Origin: Lentisphaerota bacterium
Lineage (GTDB): Bacteria; Verrucomicrobiota; Lentisphaeria; Oligosphaerales; JABHEG01
Direction: 5' to 3'
Assembly (NCBI GenBank): GCA_018676675.1
Contig: JABHEG010000064.1
Coordinates: 26,211 to 90,210 of the forward strand
Length of the DNA: 64,000 nt
Part shown: piece after piece, positions 19,868 to 27,996 of the stretch
Numbering within the stretch: position 1 is the stretch's first letter
Layout of the letters: each line of letters starts with the position of its first letter
Notes under the pieces: generated by a model
Told to the model about the DNA's origin: nothing
What the model saw: the letters and a program-made list of their open reading frames with translations, nothing else
Database searches by the model: none
Position numbers and translations under genes: made by a program

Positions 19868-22800
19868 CAAAACAACCGACGTCCCTGACGCAGCGGCTGA
19901 GCCGCCTCGTCCGGCAGAAGCACTTGTTCTTCGCCGGACAGGCTCTCACACTCATCGGTCTGCTCGCCTTCATCCTTGCGGGAGCAGTCATTGCCGCCGA
20001 CGTCCTGTTCGGTCTGCAGGCCTGGGTCCGCTGGGCAGCCTTCTTCGTGCTTCTTACCGTCAGCATTGGGGGCCTCCTCCGACGGTTCCTCTTCCCCTCC
20101 CTCCACTACCACAATCCGGAAGCCGTCCGAGAAGTGGAACACCGTTTCGAAGACATGGGGCAGATGCTCCGCACGACAGCTCAGATCGGCGATCCCGAAA
20201 CCGCCCGGGAGGCGGGGTTCTCGCCCGGCCTGGTCAAGGCACTTCAAGACCAGGCAGAAGAACGGGTAGCCGAGACGGATCTGGCCGTGCTCGTGCCGTG
20301 GGGAATCGTGCGTAGGCGGGCCACCGAGCTGGCGCTTGTGCTCCTGGTCTTCGTAGCCGCCCTCTTCCTGTGGAAGGACTTCCGGCGCGGCGCTCAGCGC
20401 CTGCTTCTGCCGGCTGCCGAACTCCCCTTCACGGGTGTGGAAGCCACCGCGTCGACCCCGACCTTCGAACGAGGCGACACGGTCGTTCTGACAGCGCGAA
20501 CGAGCGGACGCCTCACCGACTGTGCCGACCTCCATATCCGTGAAGAAGAGGGTGAATGGAACATCTTCCGGATGGATCCGTTACCCGGTCGCCAATTCAG
20601 CCTCCCCCTCGGAGGGCGCAACGCAAGTTTCGAATTCTACGTCAGCTCAGGTGACGGACGAACCGCAATCTCCCCCGTGCGCTTCATCGATCCCCCAGTC
20701 GTGTTGACTGTCACAGCAAGCCTGACCTACCCCGTCTATACCGGACTTCCCGCGGAAGACGTTGAGGGCGAACAGGTCCTGGCGGTTGAGGGTACGCGAG
20801 CTCGCGTGACGTTCAAACTCAACCACGGGCTGGCGACCGCAGACGCACGATGGCAGGAGCAGGACGTCGCCCTGGAATTCGGCGAGGACACGGTCGTATG
20901 TGAGCTGGAGATCGTGGTCGGGAAACACGTCCTTGAGCTCACGGGGGAAGATGACGATGACTTGCCGTTGGCCCCCTTCCGGTTCACGATCACCGGTCTC
21001 CCGGACCGCCTGCCGAAGATCGAGATCCTGGAACCGACGGAAAACCCCACGGTGACGAAACTGACTGAGGTCCCCGCCCTGATCCGGGCGCGAGATGACT
21101 TCGGGTTGGCGGAGCTCGGACTCGTCCTGAGCGTCAATGGGCAAGAGAGCGTGCTTGACGCCCGGACATTCACGGAGCAGGACTCGATGTTCGCGTCACG
21201 GTTGTCACACGCGATTTTGTTGGAAAGACACGCCCTCGACTTCCGCTCAAACGTCCGCTTGTATGCCTTTGCACGAGACCACAAGCCGCGGGAGGGGGCC
21301 CGGGCAGTGAGTGACCTCGTCGCGATCGACATCCGCCCCTTCAGGATCCTCTACCGCATGAAGCCTCCTGAGGAACCCTCGATGAGCGAGGCCGAGATGG
21401 AGGAACAGGCCGACAACATCGAAGAACTTGAGAAGGCCATCACAGCTCAGCGTCGAGCGCTTTCGCAGACATTCCGGATGCGCGAACAGCAGACGACGGA
21501 CCCCCAGAGCGCAGAGGCCCTCGCCCGGACGGAGGAAGCGTTGGCGGAAAAGGTCAGCGAAATCAGTGAAATCGCAGCCCCACTGACCGAACCGCAGAAT
21601 CAGAGCCTCCTTCCCGAGGCCGCCCAGGCCATGCTTAAGGCAGCCGAGGAGCTCCGCGAGCCTGATGCGGCCGAGGCGTTCACTGCCGAAGACACGGCGC
21701 TCGCGAACATGCTGAAAATGCGTGAAGAACTCATACACGAGCTTCGCGAGCAGCAACAGAACTCACCCCCCAAGCCATCCTCAAAGAAGCAGCAGAAGCC
21801 CAAGCCGCAGCAACCTCTCGATACGTTGGCAGCCGAGGCAGAACGCCTTGCCAGGGAAGAGGAAGCGATCGCGCAGCAGCTGGAAGACAGGCCGCCGGAG
21901 GAAGAGAACGCGCAGCCTCCGTCGCGGCCGCCGCCGCAGGCCCCCCAGCAGAGCGAGGCGGCGGCGGAACGCCAGCAGGCTGATGCCGAAGCCACAGAGC
22001 AGCCTCAGCAGAGCCCCGAAGCACAGGCCGCCGCACAGGATGAACAGGCCGCCGCACAGCAGCAGCCCCAACAGGCCGCCGAGCAGGATGAACAGGCCGG
22101 CGCGCAACAGCAAACTCAACAAGCTACCGAGCAGGATGAACAGGCCGCTGCACAGCAGCAGCCCCAACAAGCTGCCGAGCAGGAGACCGCCCAAGAGCAG
22201 TCTCCCGAAGCGCCGCCCGAGGGTCCCGAAACAACTGAGGAGCAGGCGGCCACACAGCCTGGGCAGGAGCAACCTGAAACACAGATGCCTGAAGCGGACT
22301 CGGGTGAGCAGCCGGAAACCCAGGCAGAAGCCGAGGATGCTGACCAGCCTGAGGAGACCGCCGCGCAGGAGACCGCGCAGGGAGAGGCCGAGTCCAGCTC
22401 CGCCGCCGAACAACCCGCCGCCGAGCAACAACCGGAGCAGGCCGCCTCATCGGAAGGCGCTCCAGATGAGGAACAGGCCCAGGAGTCCAGCCCTCAGGAC
22501 ACTCAGAGCCCAGCCGAACAGGCGGTCACCGAGGCGGCCGAACGACAGGCGAGGGCGGTCGCCGCCGCTAATGCGCTGCAGGACCAGCTTGACGACCATG
22601 CAGAGACGACCGAGCTGGCCATGGAACGAATGAACGAGGTCGCCCAGGCGATGAATCAGGCCGCGGAGGCGTTGGCCGAAGCAAGGCCCGAAGCCGCGCA
22701 GCCTTCCCTTGACGACGCGGCTGAACGGCTGGAACAGCTCGCCGAACACCTGCGGGGGCTGGACCAGAAGAACTTGGCTGACATGCTCACTCAGGCTCAA

Positions 22801-24186
22801 GAGAAGGCGGAACAGGCCGCTCAGCAACTTGAGAACCCGCCCGAACCCAGTTCTGCAGCTGCGCCCCCGCCTGAAGGTGAGGAACAGCCTCAGGCCAACG
22901 CCCCCGCCTCCCCCCAATCGCCGCAGCAGGCCCAGAGCCAGCCAGAGGAGAACGAGCCCCAGGAAGCGCAGCCTTCCCAGAGCCAGCCGCAACAGGCTCA
23001 ACCTCAGGAAGCACAGGCAGCCCAGGGACAACCGCAGCAACCCCAACCCCAGGAAGCGCAGGCAGCCCAGGGGCAGCCACAACAGGGCGAACCCCAGGAA
23101 TCACAACCTTCCCAGAGCCAACCACCCGAACAAGGCCAGCCTCAGGAAGCGCAGGCAGCCCAAGGACAGCCACAGCAATCTCAGCCTCAAGAATCACAAC
23201 CCTCCCAGACCCCGTCGCAATCGCCCTCCCAACAGCAGCAGGCTCAGCAACAGGACGCAAGCAATCCGTCGGAAGAGGCGGAGCAGCGCCCAACTGAGGA
23301 TGCCACGGCTCAGCGCGAAGCCACCGCTCAGGATGCGGAAACAGTCGCGGACTGGCTGCGCCAGGCGTCCGAAAGGGAAGCTGATGGCCTCGAGGCGATG
23401 CAGGAACGGCTGGCCGAAGCGAGGGAGAAGCTCGCGGTGGATGAACTCGGGGATGACATCCGCCAGGCCCAGGAACAGCGCGAGCAGCAACAGGGTGCCG
23501 AGGCGTCACGCATGGAGGCCAGTGCAGCCGAACGGTTCCGCGAACTCGCCGATACCCTGGCCAAGGAGAAGCAGCGCCTTGTGCAGGCCCACTTGGAACG
23601 CCTGGCTGAAGCTGAAGCCGAAGCAACGGAACTCAAACGGACCGCAGAAGCCGAACAGCAAGCCGCAGAAGCCGAGGCACAGGCGCAGAGCGAGAGTCAA
23701 TCTGAGTCTGAAGCACAAGCACAAGCGCAGAGCGAGAGTCAATCTGAGTCTGAAGCACAGGCGCCGAGCCAGTCACCATCTGAATCACAGGCAAAGAGCG
23801 AGGCGCAAGCTGAAGCGCAATCACAGGCCGAAGCGAAAGGCGAATCGGGGAAGGCGAGCCCCCTCAAACCCGACACGACTGAGAGACTGACGGAACTCGC
23901 TGAGGAACTGAAGGACCTGAAGGATGAGGAACTGGACGAGTTGGGCGATCAGTTGCTTGAGCAGGTCGGAGCGCAAAACGTGAGCGGTGGGCACCGGACG
24001 GCCCAGGTGGCCCCAAAAGATATTGCCGAGACGACGCTGGAGCCGACCGTTGAACGCCTGCGCACACTGATCAATGAGATTGTGCAGAAGGAGTTCCTGC
24101 TCAATCGAGACGACCGCGTCCCGGACCGTTACACCCGCCTCGTTGAGCGTTACTTTAAGGCCCTTTCCGACGACTTGGCCGAATAG
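19864..24186 (+). CDS. 1440-aa membrane-anchored, highly acidic Q/E/A/P-rich low-complexity protein (DUF4175-like position after BatA). Overlaps the upstream gene by 4 bp.
   Basis: Two N-terminal TM helices (LTLIGLLAFILAGAVIAADVLFGL, AAFFVLLTVSIGGLL), a structured ~500-aa region, then ~800 aa of EQ/AQ/PQ repeats. Single uninterrupted frame. Confidence 0.7.
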   Translation: MTKQPTSLTQRLSRLVRQKHLFFAGQALTLIGLLAFILAGAVIAADVLFGLQAWVRWAAFFVLLTVSIGGLLRRFLFPSLHYHNPEAVREVEHRFEDMGQMLRTTAQIGDPETAREAGFSPGLVKALQDQAEERVAETDLAVLVPWGIVRRRATELALVLLVFVAALFLWKDFRRGAQRLLLPAAELPFTGVEATASTPTFERGDTVVLTARTSGRLTDCADLHIREEEGEWNIFRMDPLPGRQFSLPLGGRNASFEFYVSSGDGRTAISPVRFIDPPVVLTVTASLTYPVYTGLPAEDVEGEQVLAVEGTRARVTFKLNHGLATADARWQEQDVALEFGEDTVVCELEIVVGKHVLELTGEDDDDLPLAPFRFTITGLPDRLPKIEILEPTENPTVTKLTEVPALIRARDDFGLAELGLVLSVNGQESVLDARTFTEQDSMFASRLSHAILLERHALDFRSNVRLYAFARDHKPREGARAVSDLVAIDIRPFRILYRMKPPEEPSMSEAEMEEQADNIEELEKAITAQRRALSQTFRMREQQTTDPQSAEALARTEEALAEKVSEISEIAAPLTEPQNQSLLPEAAQAMLKAAEELREPDAAEAFTAEDTALANMLKMREELIHELREQQQNSPPKPSSKKQQKPKPQQPLDTLAAEAERLAREEEAIAQQLEDRPPEEENAQPPSRPPPQAPQQSEAAAERQQADAEATEQPQQSPEAQAAAQDEQAAAQQQPQQAAEQDEQAGAQQQTQQATEQDEQAAAQQQPQQAAEQETAQEQSPEAPPEGPETTEEQAATQPGQEQPETQMPEADSGEQPETQAEAEDADQPEETAAQETAQGEAESSSAAEQPAAEQQPEQAASSEGAPDEEQAQESSPQDTQSPAEQAVTEAAERQARAVAAANALQDQLDDHAETTELAMERMNEVAQAMNQAAEALAEARPEAAQPSLDDAAERLEQLAEHLRGLDQKNLADMLTQAQEKAEQAAQQLENPPEPSSAAAPPPEGEEQPQANAPASPQSPQQAQSQPEENEPQEAQPSQSQPQQAQPQEAQAAQGQPQQPQPQEAQAAQGQPQQGEPQESQPSQSQPPEQGQPQEAQAAQGQPQQSQPQESQPSQTPSQSPSQQQQAQQQDASNPSEEAEQRPTEDATAQREATAQDAETVADWLRQASEREADGLEAMQERLAEAREKLAVDELGDDIRQAQEQREQQQGAEASRMEASAAERFRELADTLAKEKQRLVQAHLERLAEAEAEATELKRTAEAEQQAAEAEAQAQSESQSESEAQAQAQSESQSESEAQAPSQSPSESQAKSEAQAEAQSQAEAKGESGKASPLKPDTTERLTELAEELKDLKDEELDELGDQLLEQVGAQNVSGGHRTAQVAPKDIAETTLEPTVERLRTLINEIVQKEFLLNRDDRVPDRYTRLVERYFKALSDDLAE
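22035..22186 (+). repeat. Tandem 48-bp repeat x ~3 inside the 19864 CDS (encodes EQDEQAAAQQQPQQAA units)
   Basis: gagcaggatgaacaggccgccgcacagcagcagccccaacaggccgcc is repeated with a few substitutions. Confidence 0.7.
22960..23215 (+). repeat. Degenerate tandem ~39-42-bp repeats inside the 19864 CDS (QPQEAQAAQGQPQQ units)
   Basis: cctcaggaagcgcaggcagcccagggacagccgcagcaa-like units recur ~6 times. Confidence 0.6.
23684..23767 (+). repeat. Near-perfect 42-bp direct duplication inside the 19864 CDS (AQSESQSESEAQAQ)
   Basis: gcgcagagcgagagtcaatctgagtctgaagcaca occurs twice back-to-back. Confidence 0.75.
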
Positions 24187-24191
24187 GGGCG

Positions 24192-26507
24192 ATGATGCAT
24201 CGTCTGGTTTACAGCCTTGCGGCTCTTGTCATCGGGCTTTCCACTTTCGCCACTGCCGGCATCGTCGCCGAAGACATCACGCTCTACCACGCGTTCAACG
24301 GGGCAACAGCGGCCAACTTTGCCCGGGGCTCAGATGCCAATGCCTTCCAGGGCCGAATGGCGTTTGCCCCCGGCAAGCGCGGGCTTGGGGTCGACGTTGG
24401 GGAGAACACCTCGCAGACCGGGTTTGCCGCCCGGCTGCCGGGGCACGTGACGAACGAGGGGGGCACGGTGGCGTTCTGGGTCAACCCGGGCTGGCTTGCG
24501 AAGACATCGGACTGGGTATGCCTCACGCGTGTCGGGAGTGAAGGGGGATCCGGCATGCAGTTGTTGGTCCGTCCCGACGGTACCCGTGGCCTGTTCATGA
24601 CCTCATCGAAGCAGAACGGTGTCTGGCGCTGGGAGTACCTGGAGACCGGCCCCATCGCCTGGAACGCCGATGCGTTCAACCATGTGGCTCTGCGCTGGGG
24701 GAACGGGCGGAAGGAGTTGGTCGTCAACGGCGTTGTGGGCGCGACCACGACGGCACTGCTCAATCAGTCATGGGGAACAGACGGTTACTTGGCGCTCGGG
24801 CAGGCAAAGCAAGCCCAGACCCCGATGAACGCGCCGGGGACCTATGATGAACTCGTCGTACTCAAACGACCCGCCAGCGATGTGGAGGTAGCAGCTCTGC
24901 TTGCCGGGGAACACGATCCTCTGCTCGACTCCCTCCGCACGGTTGAGGCCCCACCGCGCCACCTGCGCATCCAGCGCCTTTCCTTCTGTGATCCCAGCCG
25001 AATTATCTTCGAGGATGAACGCGCAACCGGCACGCTCACGCTGGCGAGCGACTTCCCCGCCGAGACGGAGATCACGATCACACTCACGCTCCGAGACTAC
25101 TATCTGGAGGCCCTTCAGACGTCCTCACACACCGTGCGCGTAGGAGGAGGCACGACGGCTGAGTTGCCATTCTCCTGGCAACCGACCAAACGAGGAATCT
25201 TCAAGACGGTAGTGACGTGGGCGAAGGATACGGATAACCATGCGGAGACCCACGACGGGATCGTGTTTGGGGTGGTCAGCCGGACGATGCATGACTCGGG
25301 GCCTAAGCCGGAGTCATTCTTCGGCAACCACTTCGAGTTACGCGACATGGCATTTGCCCGGAAGATCGGCTCCAAGTGGGTTCGCCTCCACGACTTTGCC
25401 AACTGGCAGACATGCTGGTGTTGGGTCGAGGCCGAGGAGGGCCGTTTCCGCTGGGGCGATGATCGGGTCAAGCCATTTGTGGAGAATGGGTTCACCGTTC
25501 TGGGATCACTTCACCGAACGCCGAGCTGGGCCAGTGACACCGGTCGCCGGCAGGCTGTTCCCCGAGATTGGGAGCAGTTCCGGACCTATGTCTACCGAAC
25601 GGTGAGACACTACAAGCCGTGGATCCGGCACTGGGAAATCTGGAATGAGCCGCACTACGGGGGCTTCTGGGGCGGTTCACCTGAGGAGTATGCGACCCTG
25701 TTGTCGACCGCTCACGATGCGGCCAAGAAGGCCAATCCGACCGCGGTGATCCTCGGCATGGGAGGCGTGTCTCTCTTTCACTGGGACTGGATCGACCGTG
25801 TCCTGGCCAAAACGAGCTTTGCTCCGATGGATGTCTTTGCCATCCATGGCTACGTGACCGGAGTGCGCCCGGTGTCGGAGCAGGATCTCGCGCATCAACT
25901 CAAGGCGCTGGATGCGCGGATGAAGTCCGCAGGGACATCGCGCCCGGTGTGGAATACCGAGTGCGGTGTTCGCGGCGAGCCGTTCAAGGCTGACATACAG
26001 GATGCTTCCCTGCCTCCCCTGCACCTGCGCGACGCCGTCCCGAACTACTGTGCCGGGGCGAATGCTCTGGTGCGCATCGCCGTCAGTCAGCGACAGGCGG
26101 GGATCAGACGCTGGATGTACTACTGGACTAAGCGCCCCCCTGTCGATCGTGCCCTCTCGCACGGCAGTCTCATGCATCCGGACGGCAGCCCCATGCCCAC
26201 CGCTCTGGCATACGCGACCTGTGCGTTCCTCCTGGAAGATACCGATGCGGTCGGGACAGGAATCGTTGCCGATGGTGCGTCGGTCGCTCTCTTTAGACGC
26301 CCCGACACGAGTACCGTTGCCGTCCTCTGGGCTGAGAAGCCCACAGCGGTATCAGTTGCAGAGGAGGCGGGACAGTTCACCATCATCGATATCATGTCCA
26401 ACGTGAGAGCCTCGGCAGGCAGGAAAGTCACGGCCGAACCTGAGCCGGTCTTCCTGGAGTTCTCGCACCCAGTCGACGCGACTGCCTTCCACGCTACTCG
26501 CCCGTGA
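24192..26507 (+). CDS. Secreted LamG-domain + clan GH-A (TIM-barrel, GH5/GH30/GH39-like) glycoside hydrolase
   Basis: Signal peptide MMHRLVYSLAALVIGLSTFATAG. The LamG core GTVAFWVNPGW is paralogous to the 4367 gene. Catalytic-acid-type motif WEIWNEPHYGGFWGG in a TIM-barrel context. Confidence 0.55.
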   Translation: MMHRLVYSLAALVIGLSTFATAGIVAEDITLYHAFNGATAANFARGSDANAFQGRMAFAPGKRGLGVDVGENTSQTGFAARLPGHVTNEGGTVAFWVNPGWLAKTSDWVCLTRVGSEGGSGMQLLVRPDGTRGLFMTSSKQNGVWRWEYLETGPIAWNADAFNHVALRWGNGRKELVVNGVVGATTTALLNQSWGTDGYLALGQAKQAQTPMNAPGTYDELVVLKRPASDVEVAALLAGEHDPLLDSLRTVEAPPRHLRIQRLSFCDPSRIIFEDERATGTLTLASDFPAETEITITLTLRDYYLEALQTSSHTVRVGGGTTAELPFSWQPTKRGIFKTVVTWAKDTDNHAETHDGIVFGVVSRTMHDSGPKPESFFGNHFELRDMAFARKIGSKWVRLHDFANWQTCWCWVEAEEGRFRWGDDRVKPFVENGFTVLGSLHRTPSWASDTGRRQAVPRDWEQFRTYVYRTVRHYKPWIRHWEIWNEPHYGGFWGGSPEEYATLLSTAHDAAKKANPTAVILGMGGVSLFHWDWIDRVLAKTSFAPMDVFAIHGYVTGVRPVSEQDLAHQLKALDARMKSAGTSRPVWNTECGVRGEPFKADIQDASLPPLHLRDAVPNYCAGANALVRIAVSQRQAGIRRWMYYWTKRPPVDRALSHGSLMHPDGSPMPTALAYATCAFLLEDTDAVGTGIVADGASVALFRRPDTSTVAVLWAEKPTAVSVAEEAGQFTIIDIMSNVRASAGRKVTAEPEPVFLEFSHPVDATAFHATRP

Positions 26508-26533
26508 TGCCAGCACCGGAGGGGAACGTTCGC

Positions 26534-27016
26534 TCAGAAGAACACCAGGCGTATCTTGGGAATGGCGCCGCAGTGGATTTCGAGTTCTCGGAAGGCGAGG
26601 GATCCAACCCGGACAGCCCGACGCAGAGGAGCGGTCTTCAGGACGGCAATCAGGATCAGGTGAGCCAGCCGATGCTCTTTGGATTCGGCGAGAACAGCGT
26701 CCTTTGTTGCCTCGTCAATCTCTTCGCGCACGGTGAATCTGGGGACAACTTTCGGCGGCATGCCGATGTCGACCGACAGTGAGTCGAGCACATAGCCGGC
26801 CTTCTCGAGGTAGGGCACGGCGTCGTGTAGTTCGTCGGTGATCTGCTTGATCTTGCGGTGGCTGAAGTCCCGCAAAGGTGCAGGCGGCTCCTCGGGCGGC
26901 ACGAGTTCCTGCGGGACAGGCGGCGGGCCATGCCCTCCGGGAAGTGCGTGCTTTACCTCATCAACCACGCCTCCCGCAGTACGAATTGCGCCATCCATCA
27001 GTGAGAGTTTTGCCAT
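26534..27016 (-). CDS. Hypothetical protein (160 aa), divergent from the pspA operon
   Basis: ORF convergent with the 24192 gene and divergent from pspA. No recognisable domain. Contains a proline-rich linker PPPVPQELVPPEEPPAP. Confidence 0.35.
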   Translation of the reverse strand: MAKLSLMDGAIRTAGGVVDEVKHALPGGHGPPPVPQELVPPEEPPAPLRDFSHRKIKQITDELHDAVPYLEKAGYVLDSLSVDIGMPPKVVPRFTVREEIDEATKDAVLAESKEHRLAHLILIAVLKTAPLRRAVRVGSLAFRELEIHCGAIPKIRLVFF

Positions 27017-27113
27017 TGATCAGTCCCTCCTCCATTGTGGTCAAGGGTCCCGGACGCGACAGGGCGAACAGGGAAGAGTCACCTGCTATCAGGATATTCG
27101 CCTGCGCGCAAAC

Positions 27114-27142
27114 TTGCAATCGTTCCGCGTTCACTCTATTAT
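27114..27142 (+). promoter_or_regulatory. Near-consensus sigma70-type promoter (TTGCAA-17 bp-TATTAT) upstream of pspA, with a 7-bp-stem hairpin in the predicted 5' UTR
   Basis: ttgcaa at 27114-27119, 17-nt spacer, tattat at 27137-27142. The AT-rich hexamers stand out in a 62% GC background. UTR hairpin tcgcgga-caacggca-tccgcga at ~27146-27167. RBS ggagg 8 nt before the ATG at 27199. Confidence 0.4.
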
Positions 27143-27198
27143 CGTAATCGCGGACAACGGCATCCGCGACTTGCCCACGTTAGGAGGAGAAGTGTATT

Positions 27199-27972
27199 AT
27201 GGGGATCTTTCGTTCTATATATCGGTATGTCGTGACTCTGGGAGGTCTGATCGAGAGTGACATCAGCGGCAAGACCGATGACATGCTCTCTACGCCCTCC
27301 GGGATCAAAGCCACGTTTTCCAAGACCCGCGGCCAATGGACTCGGCAGTACGGGGAAGTGCGGGAAGCCGTAGCTCAACTCATGATGGTCCTTGATCAGA
27401 AGAGTCGCCGAGTCGCCCAGTTGCGAGAGGAAGCAGAGGCCACTCAGGCGAAGCTCAAGGGTGCTGTCGCCAAGTTCAAGGAGACCGACGAGCCCCACTA
27501 CCGCCAGGCTTTCACGGAGCTCTTTGAGCGAGACAAAGCAATCACTGCCGAACAGCAAGGGCTTAGCGATGAGATCGTCGAGCTGCGCAACAAGGTGGAG
27601 AGCTACAAGACAAAACTGCGTGAAATGCAGACGCGCATTTCCGGCTTGAAGAAGCAGGAATCCGAAGCGATCGCCGACATCGTCAGCAGTCAGCAGATCA
27701 TCAAGCTCAACGACAGCTTGAACGAGTTGACAACCGATCTCGACGACCAGAACGTTCGAGCAATCGAGGACCGGCGGCTGAAGCTCCTGAGCCAGGCCAA
27801 ACTCTCCGGCGAACTCACGGAGGGCGAATTGAAGCCGGATCTGGATAAGGAACTCCTGGAGGCAGGCCGGAAGTCAGAAGTCGACGACGTCTTCGCCGCG
27901 ATGTTGGCGGAAACGGAGGCCAGCGCTCCTGAAGCCGAGGAAGAGGAAGGCGAGCGGCAACGTGAAATCTGA
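27199..27972 (+). CDS. pspA: PspA/IM30/Vipp1/LiaH-family protein (bacterial ESCRT-III-like membrane-remodelling protein)
   Basis: N-terminus MGIFRSIYRYV, then a long heptad coiled-coil (RVAQLREEAEATQAKLKGAVAKFKE...). Size and pattern are typical of the PspA/IM30 family. Confidence 0.75.
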   Translation: MGIFRSIYRYVVTLGGLIESDISGKTDDMLSTPSGIKATFSKTRGQWTRQYGEVREAVAQLMMVLDQKSRRVAQLREEAEATQAKLKGAVAKFKETDEPHYRQAFTELFERDKAITAEQQGLSDEIVELRNKVESYKTKLREMQTRISGLKKQESEAIADIVSSQQIIKLNDSLNELTTDLDDQNVRAIEDRRLKLLSQAKLSGELTEGELKPDLDKELLEAGRKSEVDDVFAAMLAETEASAPEAEEEEGERQREI

Positions 27973-27996
27973 CGTCGGCAGTGAAGGGGAGGCAGT

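Noticed and set aside
19753-20535. 260-aa minus-strand ORF
   Set aside because: Antisense to the start of the 1440-aa disordered protein gene.
21700-23900. Possible CRISPR array or mobile element suggested by repeated DNA
   Set aside because: The repeats are in-frame tandem codon repeats inside one continuous ORF, with no spacer/repeat alternation. No cas genes or transposase genes anywhere in the window.
27100-27125. sigma54 promoter upstream of pspA (expected by analogy with E. coli)
   Set aside because: The -24/-12 GG-N10-GC spacing is not present (ctgcgcgcaaacTTGCA lacks the GG). A sigma70-like hexamer pair fits better.
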